A DNA stretch of 64,000 bases. Origin: Vulcanimicrobiota bacterium. Its GTDB lineage: Bacteria > Vulcanimicrobiota > Vulcanimicrobiia > Vulcanimicrobiales > Vulcanimicrobiaceae. The stretch is taken from NCBI GenBank assembly GCA_963714015.1, contig OY970223.1, positions 3,232,001 to 3,296,000 on the forward strand. The letters are read 5' to 3'. Positions 31,841-40,453 of the stretch are shown here, piece after piece; position 1 is the first letter of the stretch; every line of letters starts with the position of its first letter. The notes under the pieces are model-generated. The model had not been told where the DNA came from and did no database searches. It saw only the letters and a program-made list of their open reading frames with translations. A program made the translations under genes and the position numbers.

Positions 31841-31917
31841 ATACCCGTTTGCGCATTTAGGCAGGAAGCGCTAAATTACTGCGCGCCCCGCAAGGCGGGT
31901 ATACCCCATGGCAACCT

Positions 31918-32670
31918 ATGCTCGAACCCAGCCATCAGCAAGAAGAACGAGCGCAAGTCGACCCGCATCGCTTGACGTTCGGAAATCGCATCCTCGATGC
32001 GATGCCGTCAACCGAAGCCGAACGGCTGGTGGGTTCACTCAGGCGAATTTACGTTCAACGCGATCAGGTGCTCGTGCGGCCCGGTGAACTCATGCCGTAT
32101 CTCCACTTTCCCATCGACGCATTTGCTTGGACCTGGACGGAAACGACGAAGACCGAGCGGCCGACGGCCGTCTTCAGTGTCGGGCATCGAGGTGTCATCG
32201 AGTGGAATCGCGTGCTGGGCTCGGTACGGGGAGAAACGTGCGCGACGATCATTTCAGGCGGTTCGGTGTGGCGCCTTCCAATCGATATCTTCGAACAACT
32301 TCAACCAGGCTTGAGCTCACCGCTGCGTCGCTTGATGCTTCGCTTTGCGAATTCGCTCGTCCTGAATGCCGCTTGCCGTCTGGCTTGTAATTCGGAACAC
32401 AACATGGGCGAACGGCTTGCGCGGTGGCTGCTCTGGGTTGCCGATGAATCGGCGCGCTCCGAGTTTTCCATCACGCATCAGCAGATTGCGGACATCGCCG
32501 CCATCCGGCGGCCGTCGGTGTCGCTTGCGCTCTCGCAATTTCAGCGCCAAGGGATCGTGCGCTCGCACCACGGTCGTCTGCACATACTCGATCGCGTGCG
32601 CCTGGAGCAGATGGTCTGCCCGTGTTACTGGATTATGCGGCACAACGCGGAATTGGTCTTCAACGAATAG
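31918..32670 (+). CDS. Crp/Fnr family transcriptional regulator
   Basis: N.IL..., ACN..H...ERLARWLL, ITHQQIA.....RRPSVS HTH. Confidence 0.9.
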   Translation: MLEPSHQQEERAQVDPHRLTFGNRILDAMPSTEAERLVGSLRRIYVQRDQVLVRPGELMPYLHFPIDAFAWTWTETTKTERPTAVFSVGHRGVIEWNRVLGSVRGETCATIISGGSVWRLPIDIFEQLQPGLSSPLRRLMLRFANSLVLNAACRLACNSEHNMGERLARWLLWVADESARSEFSITHQQIADIAAIRRPSVSLALSQFQRQGIVRSHHGRLHILDRVRLEQMVCPCYWIMRHNAELVFNE

Positions 32671-32726
32671 GGCTCTAATTAAAACAGCGCCCCCGGTAGG
32701 GAGCGCCGTTTTCGCACGCCGCGCTC

Positions 32727-33263
32727 TTACTCTTCTTGGCTGAATCCCAAATCGCGGCTTTGTTCGCGAATCGAATTATTCGCCGTTTCGCGCGCGGCCT
32801 CGATCGTTTCTTTGATGACCTCGCCGCTGCGGCGAACGACTTCGCTGCGCGCCTGTCGCATGCGATCCTTCATATCGTCCGCTACCGGACCTAACCGCTG
32901 GGATTCCAGTCGCGTTACGGGGAGAACCATGCCGATAAGGAAGCCCAGCGCAACGCCTGCCAGCAACATCGCCATGGGATTATCGCCAGGATTGAGCTGA
33001 ATGTTGCGAGTCATGCCTTGAACGCGCTCTTGCAGCGCATCTCTGGCGCCGGCGACGCGGTCGCGCATGTCACCGGCGCGATCCCGCATATCGCTCGTGC
33101 GGTCGGAGACGGTTCCTTTGGCGTCGTCGATTCGGCCTTGGATGTTTTCCTTGGCACGGTCGACGACATTCGCGTTGTGGGCCACCGATCGAACGTCCTG
33201 CGCGACGCGCCGGCGGGCTTCTTCTACTTCTACTTCGCGGACTTCGCTCCGCTCTTGATCCAT
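32727..33263 (-). CDS. Hypothetical stress-type protein (DUF3618/ElaB-like)
   Basis: Charged helical repeats plus NP...LLAGVALGFLIG TM. Confidence 0.7.
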   Translation of the reverse strand: MDQERSEVREVEVEEARRRVAQDVRSVAHNANVVDRAKENIQGRIDDAKGTVSDRTSDMRDRAGDMRDRVAGARDALQERVQGMTRNIQLNPGDNPMAMLLAGVALGFLIGMVLPVTRLESQRLGPVADDMKDRMRQARSEVVRRSGEVIKETIEAARETANNSIREQSRDLGFSQEE

Positions 33264-33643
33264 GCTATGTCCTCCTTCACGCTACGCGCGGTTTTGTCGA
33301 ATTCTATAGGAAGCGCGGATTGAAGTTTGATCCATCCGGCAGCGGCGAGTGAGGCCGCCGCAAAGCCCCAAGCAATGGTAATGATAAGTGCCGCAAGCCA
33401 AGGTGTGACCACAGTTGAAAGCACGATGACTGCAAAGGCGGTGAATGCGCCTAACGCCAACAATCCCATCAGTGCGCCGGCGCCGAGCCACACGCCCGCG
33501 GCTGCCAGTCCGGCGAGTTCTTGCCGTGCTTCTTTCTTGAAAAGGTCGAGCTCGGCGTGGAAGAGCGTTCCCAGATCGTGACCGAGATTCGAAACGGATT
33601 CCTTGATCGACGCCGTGTCGACTATCGGTCCCCGTTCGCTCAT
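33230..33643 (-). CDS. Phage_holin_3_6 (YqjE-like) membrane protein
   Basis: L..DL..L...EL.L.K.E, two TMs, T..SVKED..W. Confidence 0.8.
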   Translation of the reverse strand: MSERGPIVDTASIKESVSNLGHDLGTLFHAELDLFKKEARQELAGLAAAGVWLGAGALMGLLALGAFTAFAVIVLSTVVTPWLAALIITIAWGFAAASLAAAGWIKLQSALPIEFDKTARSVKEDIAWIKSGAKSAK

Positions 33644-34058
33644 TTTCGGTACCCTTGCGGCTGCGAATACGAGTCGACGAACGGAGGGTTTTCAAAGTCC
33701 GACGACTCGCTCGCGGCTCGGACCGTTCGTGCCGCAGGCTAAACCGCCGACGAAGCCGATGCCCGCAAGCAACCACGTCTTGTCGCGCGAAAATGTTTGC
33801 GCGTCGCTCCAAATCTGGGAACCGTCGTTGTTTCGCAGATATCGCGCCACTTGCGTGCCCTGCTGTGCCAGAAGTCTGTACGGCGTCTGCGGCCTGCGGT
33901 TCATTTCTCTCGCGCAGAACGTCACCCACTTCGCGCGCCAGATTCAGATAATGCTCGACGCGGTCCGCCAGCATTGTCGTGCCGCGGTCGACCGCCTGAT
34001 TGATAATCGATTGAGATTTTCGCAGCAGATCGCCGGTCTGTTCCAAAGTTACCGCCAT
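33640..34058 (-). CDS. Hypothetical protein (two apparent frameshifts, ~33738 and ~33875)
   Basis: Removing 1 nt at AGTCT (33873) and 1 nt at AGGCT (33736) gives one 138-aa ORF with ATGA overlap to the next gene. Confidence 0.7.
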
Positions 34059-34138
34059 ATTTCTAATCCTTAAATCTCCGTGTGGCGTGCGTGCTGATTA
34101 CAGCTCCTTCATACCCAGGGCGTCGACAGGCGCGGCGC

Positions 34139-35308
34139 TTAAGCGGTCACTACCTCGCCCTTTGCCACGGCAGTCGTCCGCCCAGCAGGCAGCAGCTCCA
34201 CTTTGAGCCAGCCGTCCTGGTGTGTATCGAATGCCTTGTACGCGTCGATCGCCTTCTCGAACGGTTCCCTCTGCGAAAGAATACGCGAAGGCCGCAGTTC
34301 GCCTGCGGCGACGAAACGGATCAGCTGCGGCAGGTAACGGCGGTGCGGACAATCTCCCATACGAATCGTCAGATTCTTTCCGAACGCTTTGCCGAAATCG
34401 AGGCCCTTGAACCCCGGCGGATAAACGCCAATCACGGAAATCGTGCCGGCCTTGGCGACCATCTCGACTGCGCCTTGCAGCGGCATCTCCGGCGCGCTGC
34501 CTTTGGACCATTGCTTCTTGGAGTGGCGCCCCTCGTCCGCATCGATTCCGACGGCGTCGATCACGCTGTCCGGCCCCACTCCGCCGGTAAGTTGTTTGAT
34601 CACTTCGATCGGATCTTCGCGCACGTAATCGACGACTTCCGCGCCCTGATTTCGAGCGGCCTCGAGACGCGTGGATTCCGCGTCCACTGCAAAGACTCGC
34701 CCGGCGCCCATCAGTTTGGCGCTCGCTATGGCCATCTCTCCGACCGGTCCGCATCCCAAGACGGCCACAGTGTGACCGCGTTTGATGTTCGCCATGTCGG
34801 CGCCGAAATATGCAGTCGGCATGATGTCCGAGAGCAGAATCGCATCGTCGTCCGTGACTTCGTCCGGTAGTTTCACTGCGTTGATCGGTGCGAACGGAAT
34901 GCGCGCGTATTCCGCCTGCAGTCCGTCGAATGGTCCGGACTGCTTGGGTCCGCCGTAAAATGCCGTATTCTCCGGGCCTTCCGGATTTGCGTTATCGCAT
35001 TTGGAAAAGTACCCCGCGCGGCAGTAGGAACAGTATCCGCAAGCAATCGTCGAGCCGACGACTACGCGGTCCCCCGGCTTGAGGTTGCGAACGCCCTTTC
35101 CAACCTGCCGTACAACGCCGACGCCCTCATGTCCAAGAATCTTGCCCTTCTCCAGCGGAGGCATCGAACCGCGAATGAAATGTAAATCGGTGCCGCAGAT
35201 GGCACTCGACGTCAGTTGAATAATCGCATCCTGATCGTCCAGAATTTTCGGCTCCGGAACGTCGTCCAGCCGAATGTCGGCTACGCCGTGAAAAACAACT
35301 GCCTTCAT
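34139..35308 (-). CDS. Zn-dependent alcohol dehydrogenase (formaldehyde dehydrogenase-like)
   Basis: ICGTDLH, GHE, CGYCSYC..C, LSDI.PT and GCGPVG motifs. Confidence 0.92.
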   Translation of the reverse strand: MKAVVFHGVADIRLDDVPEPKILDDQDAIIQLTSSAICGTDLHFIRGSMPPLEKGKILGHEGVGVVRQVGKGVRNLKPGDRVVVGSTIACGYCSYCRAGYFSKCDNANPEGPENTAFYGGPKQSGPFDGLQAEYARIPFAPINAVKLPDEVTDDDAILLSDIMPTAYFGADMANIKRGHTVAVLGCGPVGEMAIASAKLMGAGRVFAVDAESTRLEAARNQGAEVVDYVREDPIEVIKQLTGGVGPDSVIDAVGIDADEGRHSKKQWSKGSAPEMPLQGAVEMVAKAGTISVIGVYPPGFKGLDFGKAFGKNLTIRMGDCPHRRYLPQLIRFVAAGELRPSRILSQREPFEKAIDAYKAFDTHQDGWLKVELLPAGRTTAVAKGEVVTA

Positions 35309-35381
35309 GATCCCCTACTCCTGAGGGCATCCCGCCCACAAGCCGGTGTTTCCCACGCCGCACGGAACCAACCCCGGAAGA

Positions 35382-36023
35382 ATGATTTTTCAAGACCGCG
35401 CGGATGCGGGCAAGCAACTGGCCGCAAAACTTTCAGCGTATGCCGGTCCGCAAACGCGCGTGCTCGCGCTTCCCCGCGGCGGTCTCCCGATAGGCTATGA
35501 AGTATCGCGCGGGCTGCGCGCGCCGCTCGACGTTTTCGTCGTGCGCAAAATCGGAGCACCGGGACGCGAAGAGCTGGCTCTGGGCGCAATCGCCTCGGGT
35601 GGCGTGCGGGTGCTGAACGAAGAGACGATAGCGGCGCTCGGTGTCGACGACGCAACCCTCGATACCGTTGCGTTGCGGGAACAAGCCGAGCTCGAGCGGC
35701 GCGAAGCGGCTTATCGCGTTGATGCGGCGCCCCACGACGTCGCCGGACGGACCGTGATCCTCGTCGACGACGGGCTTGCGACGGGAGCCAGCATGTCCGC
35801 CGCCGTGCTAGCAGTGCGCACGCTCAAACCCAAAGAGATCGTCGTCGCCGTTCCCGTTGCACCGGCCGACACGGTAGAGGCCCTTTCTGCCGAAGTCGAC
35901 GACATCGTTTGTCTTGCCGTGCCGCGTCCGTTTCGCGGCGTCGGCGCATGGTATGCGGATTTTCGTCAAGTAACCGACGAGGAGGTAAGAACATTCTTGC
36001 GAGCGGCCAATGAACGCGCGTAG
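35382..36023 (+). CDS. Phosphoribosyltransferase-like protein
   Basis: F.DR.DAG..LA, LPRGG, VILVDDGLATG. Confidence 0.9.
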   Translation: MIFQDRADAGKQLAAKLSAYAGPQTRVLALPRGGLPIGYEVSRGLRAPLDVFVVRKIGAPGREELALGAIASGGVRVLNEETIAALGVDDATLDTVALREQAELERREAAYRVDAAPHDVAGRTVILVDDGLATGASMSAAVLAVRTLKPKEIVVAVPVAPADTVEALSAEVDDIVCLAVPRPFRGVGAWYADFRQVTDEEVRTFLRAANERA

Positions 36024-36957
36024 ATTGCGCACCGACAACATTCCCGCAGACGGTGATGCAGCGACGATTGAAGTCGAGGGCAAACGCGTCGGCCTGAGCA
36101 ACCTGAACAAAGTGTTCTGGCCCGAACTCGGATTGACCAAACGGGATTTGCTGGCATATTACGATCGAATGGCGCCGCTCATCCTGCCGCACGTCCGCGA
36201 CAAGGCCATGGTGATGAAACGCTATCCCAACGGCATCAGCGGCGACTTCTTCTTCATGAAGCGCACGCCGGCGGTACGGCCCGACTGGATTCAAACGTGC
36301 GCGATCACGCACGGATCCGGCAACGTCATCAACTTCCCGATGGTTCAGGATAGGCCGACGCTGCTGTGGCTCATCAACCTGGGCTGCATCGATCTGAATC
36401 CTTGGTATGCGCCGTGCGAAACCTTTACGCAGCCCGATTATCTGCATTTCGATCTCGACCCGCATTCAGCGCCGTTCGAGATGGTGCGCGAAGCGGCCCT
36501 GATCGTTCGCGACGCGCTACACGTCCTGAAGATGAAGCCTCTTGCCAAGACTTCCGGCGGGCACGGCATGCATGTCTACGTCGCGATAAAACACGGGCCC
36601 GACCAGCACACGGTGTGGAGCACCGCCAAGCAAATTTCACACGAACTGGCCAAAGGGCATGCGGACATCCTGACCGCCGTCTACAAAGTCGAAAAACGCC
36701 CGAAGAATCGCGTGCTGCTGGACTACAACCAAAATCGCTTCGGCGCTACGCTGGCATCGATTTACTCCGTCCGCCCGAACGCCTATGCGGGCGTCTCGAC
36801 GCCGGTCACGTGGGAGGAAGTCGAGGGCGGCTGCGTCCCCGAGGACTTCACAATCGCCAACGTCCCGAATCGCGTCGGCCAACTCGGCGATCTGTGGAAG
36901 CCGCTCACACAGCAGCGCGGGCGCTACGATCTTCAGGCGTTGCTGGGGAGCTCGTAA
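36010..36957 (+). CDS. Stand-alone LigD-type primase-polymerase (Prim-PolC-like)
   Basis: RYPNGI...FF.K, FDLDP, KTSGG.GMHVYV, DYNQN and YSVR motifs. Confidence 0.9.
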   Translation: MNARRLRTDNIPADGDAATIEVEGKRVGLSNLNKVFWPELGLTKRDLLAYYDRMAPLILPHVRDKAMVMKRYPNGISGDFFFMKRTPAVRPDWIQTCAITHGSGNVINFPMVQDRPTLLWLINLGCIDLNPWYAPCETFTQPDYLHFDLDPHSAPFEMVREAALIVRDALHVLKMKPLAKTSGGHGMHVYVAIKHGPDQHTVWSTAKQISHELAKGHADILTAVYKVEKRPKNRVLLDYNQNRFGATLASIYSVRPNAYAGVSTPVTWEEVEGGCVPEDFTIANVPNRVGQLGDLWKPLTQQRGRYDLQALLGSS

Positions 36958-36963
36958 CGCGCT

Positions 36964-37998
36964 ATGCTCGATAATCTTCCCCTCAAACCGCCGATCGAGC
37001 CGATGGAGGCAAGGGCATCGACGACGATCCCGAAAGGCGAGGGCTGGCTATACGAGCCCAAGTGGGACGGATTTCGGTGTATCGCGTTTCGCGACGGTGA
37101 CGAGGTGGCGATGCAGTCGAAGGCGGGACAACCGCTGGAGCGCTATTTTCCGGAAATCGTCGATGCGCTGACGGCCCTGACCAGCAAACGTTTCGTGCTG
37201 GACGGAGAGATTTTCATCGAACAGAATGAAACGCTCGATTTCGATGCGTTATTGCAGCGCATCCATCCGGCTGCGTCGCGCATTCGAAAGCTCTCCGTCG
37301 AAACGCCCGCTACGCTCGCAATCTTCGACCTGCTTGCCGGCGAGGGAAAAGCATTGTTCGAGCGGCCGCTTCGCGAGCGACGCGACGCACTGGAAGAGTT
37401 CGCAGAGAAGCACTTCAAAAAAAAGCGCCGTATCGGTCTTTCGCCGGCATCGACCGATCTTGTCAAAGCTCGCGGATGGCTCAACGGCGAGCTTGCGCGC
37501 TTTGACGGCGCGATGGCCAAGAGGCTCGACCGGCCTTACCGTTTCGGCGAGCGTGACGCGGTCGTCAAAGTAAAGCGCGTCTATACCGCCGATTGCGTCG
37601 TCGGAGGATTTCGTCTCGCAAAAGACGGTAAAACAATCGGCTCGTTGCTGCTCGGCCTCTATGACGACGAGGGTCTGCTGCATTTGGTGGGTTTCATCGG
37701 CAGCCTTACCGCTGCTGAGCGTGCTCGTGCCGGCGCGCTCCTCAAACCCATCGTTCAGGAACCCGGGTTCACTGGAGCGCGGCCCGGCGGGACCAGCCGA
37801 TGGGGATCGCGCGAAACCAAGTGGCATCCCGTCGCTGCAAAGATCGTCGTCGAGGTGCGCTTCGATCATGTTACCGCGCACCGGTTTAGGCATGGAGCGC
37901 GCTTCGTTCGGTGGCGGCCCGACAAGCCGCCGCGACAGTGCACGATGGAACAGCTCTATAGCCGGGTAAATGTTGCAGATGAAACGCTTGGGTCGTAA
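36964..37998 (+). CDS. ligC: ATP-dependent DNA ligase, LigC type
   Basis: EPKWDGFR, LDGEI, PGG.SRW and RFRHG.RF.RWRPDK motifs. Confidence 0.85.
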   Translation: MLDNLPLKPPIEPMEARASTTIPKGEGWLYEPKWDGFRCIAFRDGDEVAMQSKAGQPLERYFPEIVDALTALTSKRFVLDGEIFIEQNETLDFDALLQRIHPAASRIRKLSVETPATLAIFDLLAGEGKALFERPLRERRDALEEFAEKHFKKKRRIGLSPASTDLVKARGWLNGELARFDGAMAKRLDRPYRFGERDAVVKVKRVYTADCVVGGFRLAKDGKTIGSLLLGLYDDEGLLHLVGFIGSLTAAERARAGALLKPIVQEPGFTGARPGGTSRWGSRETKWHPVAAKIVVEVRFDHVTAHRFRHGARFVRWRPDKPPRQCTMEQLYSRVNVADETLGS

Positions 37999-38257
37999 AA
38001 CATTGCAGTCGTCGAATCGCCGCCGTGCTGCCGAAGCGGGGCAACAGGACAATGTCGTTCCCGGACGCCGCACTGCCGAACGCGGCGTCATCGACGCAGA
38101 ATCCGGCGAGGAAGTATACGGCGTATTGCTTTCGGAGCGCCGGCGCATGGGCGAGAGCAACCCGTCCGTGCCCGCCGAGAAAACTCAGAATACTAGAAGC
38201 ACCGAGCCGAAAAGCGTGCCGAAAACCGGCATTGCGAAAGATCGGAAGTCAAAATGA
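37979..38257 (+). CDS. Small hydrophilic hypothetical protein
   Basis: Fills the gap after ligC; ATGA overlap with next ORF. Confidence 0.5.
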   Translation: MKRLGRKTLQSSNRRRAAEAGQQDNVVPGRRTAERGVIDAESGEEVYGVLLSERRRMGESNPSVPAEKTQNTRSTEPKSVPKTGIAKDRKSK

Positions 38258-38469
38258 GCGCGTACGGGGTCGAACCGTACGATCGCGCCCATGCCCACAT
38301 CGATCTTCGGATGGACGCCGCTGCGGCGAACCGCATTTTGCTCGCGATCGAACACCTGGATCAGGCGTCCGGCGTCGATCCGGCACTCGACGATCTGCGC
38401 CGGCTGCTGAAAGCGGCGCTGGTCAAGAAATCTTCGGGCGACGTGGACAGTGAGCCGAGCACCGAGTAA
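38254..38469 (+). CDS. Small hypothetical protein
   Basis: 71-aa ORF with host-like codon usage. Confidence 0.5.
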   Translation: MSAYGVEPYDRAHAHIDLRMDAAAANRILLAIEHLDQASGVDPALDDLRRLLKAALVKKSSGDVDSEPSTE

Positions 38470-38475
38470 ACGTGC

Positions 38476-38501
38476 GTTTCCCGTTTTCAGGATACGGGTA
38501 A
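38476..38501 (+). promoter_or_regulatory. SigB/SigF-type general stress promoter candidate
   Basis: GTTT-N16-GGGTAA, 33 nt upstream of the GTG start at 38534. Confidence 0.55.
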
Positions 38502-38533
38502 CGAAAAACAACTACGAAATTGGAGGTTCCTAA

Positions 38534-39352
38534 GTGGCTACAGCAACGCGCACGAACGATCGCGACGAAATCCGCCGCTGGGTCGAAAGCCGCGACGGCC
38601 GTCCGGCGATCGTTAAAGGAACGGGCGGCGTACTGCGCATCGACTTCGGAGAACCGGAGGAAGAACTCGAACGCGTGAGTTGGGATCGCTTCTTCGACGT
38701 ATTCGACTCCAGCAACCTCGACTTTCTGTACGATCCGCGCGGCCATATGGTCAAATTCGTGAGCCGCGAATCCAACGGAGGAACGAGCATGGCAAGACGA
38801 AAGAGCAGCGGCCGTAAAAAATCCAGCGGGCGCAAAAAGAGCAGTAACGGGCGCAAGAAGAGCACCGGCGGACGCAAGAAGAGCACCGGCGGACGCAAGA
38901 AGAGCACCAGCGGACGCAAGAAGAGCACCGGCGGACGCAAGAAGAGCACCAGCGGGCGCAAGAAGAGCACCGGCGGACGCAAGAAGAGCACCGGCGGACG
39001 CAAGAAGAGCACCGGCGGACGCAAGAAGAGCACCAGCGGACGCAAGAAGAGCACCGGCGGACGCAAGAAGAGCACCAGCGGGCGCAAGAAGAGCACCGGC
39101 GGACGCAAGAAGAGCACCGGCGGACGCAAGAAGAGCACCGGCGGACGGAAATACGGCGCGAAGGCTGGACGCAAGGTCGAGCGTTCGATGCACGAGATGA
39201 AGCGCGGCGAGCTCAAATCGGGACGCAGCGGGAAGAAGGTCAAGAGCCGCAAGCAAGCCATCGCGATCGGTCTATCGGAGGCCAGGCGCAGCGGTGGAAA
39301 AGTTCCACCGAATCCCAACCGCAAAGGCGGTCGCCGGAAGAAATCCCGGTAG
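38534..39352 (+). CDS. Small conserved N-terminal domain + basic GRKKST repeat + C-terminal DUF6496-like domain
   Basis: GGAGG RBS; C-terminus KV...MHE.K.G.LKSG.SGKKVKSRKQAIAIGLSEAR; second RBS and in-frame ATG at 38789. Confidence 0.85.
   Translation: MATATRTNDRDEIRRWVESRDGRPAIVKGTGGVLRIDFGEPEEELERVSWDRFFDVFDSSNLDFLYDPRGHMVKFVSRESNGGTSMARRKSSGRKKSSGRKKSSNGRKKSTGGRKKSTGGRKKSTSGRKKSTGGRKKSTSGRKKSTGGRKKSTGGRKKSTGGRKKSTSGRKKSTGGRKKSTSGRKKSTGGRKKSTGGRKKSTGGRKYGAKAGRKVERSMHEMKRGELKSGRSGKKVKSRKQAIAIGLSEARRSGGKVPPNPNRKGGRRKKSR
38849..39142 (+). repeat. Coding tandem repeat, 14 x 21 bp (GRKKST[G/S])
   Basis: Unit GG(A/G)CGCAAGAAGAGCACC(G/A)GC counted directly. Confidence 0.95.
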
Positions 39353-39361
39353 CGGCCGGCG

Positions 39362-39727
39362 ATGAATAACGATATTCCGCGTCTGGGGCCGCACCAATTG
39401 GATACGGCGACCATGCCGATCATCGATGCGCGCACTCATCAAGGAAAAGAGCAGATCCGCGGCGCCGTGCGCTACGATCCCAAGCGTTTATTGGCCGAGG
39501 AACACCTGACGCTGCCGATGGCGCACGACGAATCGATCGTCGTCTACGCCGAGGACGAAAAGCATGCGCTCGCAGTGGCCGAACATCTGCGCCGCCAGGG
39601 CTACGAAAACGCCGCAGTGCTCGCCGGCGGCTTAGACGCGTATCGTGACGCGGGACTCCCGCTCGAGCAGGCGACGCAAGAGCAGCCCATTCCCGGTCAA
39701 GAGGGCGCCGGAATTCCGCGTGGTTGA
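39362..39727 (+). CDS. Rhodanese-like domain protein (no catalytic Cys)
   Basis: IIDAR...I.GA...IVVYA...A..L...GY...L.GG..A; the usual YC is YA. Confidence 0.8.
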   Translation: MNNDIPRLGPHQLDTATMPIIDARTHQGKEQIRGAVRYDPKRLLAEEHLTLPMAHDESIVVYAEDEKHALAVAEHLRRQGYENAAVLAGGLDAYRDAGLPLEQATQEQPIPGQEGAGIPRG

Positions 39728-39736
39728 AATGCGCGC

Positions 39737-40261
39737 CTAGTCGCTGAGGCGAGGCGGCGAGATCTGCAGCAAATTGAGCACGTGCGAGAGCCGTGTGGCG
39801 TAACCTTCTTGACCGCTGCGCAGCAGTTCGTCGCGCATCTGCCGCAATTCGTCGACGGCACGGCTGACGTTGGGGCGGTTCATCTCGCGAAACATTTCAC
39901 GAGCTCGATTGAACCGGCTTTCGTCATCCTCGGCGCCGACGGCGCGACGCTCGAACGAAGGCAGTTCTTCGGAGTGTCCCAAGACGATGTCGCCGACGAT
40001 TTCGATAATGGCGTCGGCGTGGACTCGGGCATTGGTCGCCGCCAGGTCCACGTAGCGTTCTTCACGGTCTCGCGCAGAGATCGCAATCAAATTTGCCTCG
40101 ACGCAGAGTTCGATCAGGCCGCCCACCAGCGGTACCGCATCGGAAGCGGCCTCGAGGTAAGCCTCATAGACCTCGTCCTCGTCTTCGTCAGTGGCATCAA
40201 GGTAATCGTTCCAGGCGCGGCGCGCGTCGAGGATTGCGCGAAAGACCTCTGAGTCAGGCAT
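39737..40261 (-). CDS. Acidic helical hypothetical protein
   Basis: 174-aa ORF with host-like codon usage. Confidence 0.6.
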   Translation of the reverse strand: MPDSEVFRAILDARRAWNDYLDATDEDEDEVYEAYLEAASDAVPLVGGLIELCVEANLIAISARDREERYVDLAATNARVHADAIIEIVGDIVLGHSEELPSFERRAVGAEDDESRFNRAREMFREMNRPNVSRAVDELRQMRDELLRSGQEGYATRLSHVLNLLQISPPRLSD

Positions 40262-40453
40262 GGCTGCGGTCTTTCGCCGCGGGACGCGTGAGTTACTCGC
40301 GTCGTAAAGCGGGATGCCGTTCGCTCAATGGGGAGGTATTGAGTGAGCGGCATTCCCAGGTTTGTGAGTTACGAAAAGCGAGTCCGGACGCATCGATGCT
40401 CGCCAAAATATCGATGGGGCGTTCCCGCATTGTGCTGTTACCCCAAATCGGCA

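Noticed and set aside
33230..33643. Holin as evidence of a prophage
   Set aside because: Phage_holin_3_6/YqjE-like genes are common chromosomal stress genes, and no phage structural genes are nearby.
38849..39142. Possible CRISPR array
   Set aside because: The units are contiguous with no unique spacers, in frame within a CDS, and there are no cas genes.
38423..39435. Long minus-strand ORFs (ASAGALL / FLRPPVL repeats), and similarly 29799-30452
   Set aside because: They are antisense shadows of low-complexity + strand genes that have RBSs and, for 38534, recognisable domains.
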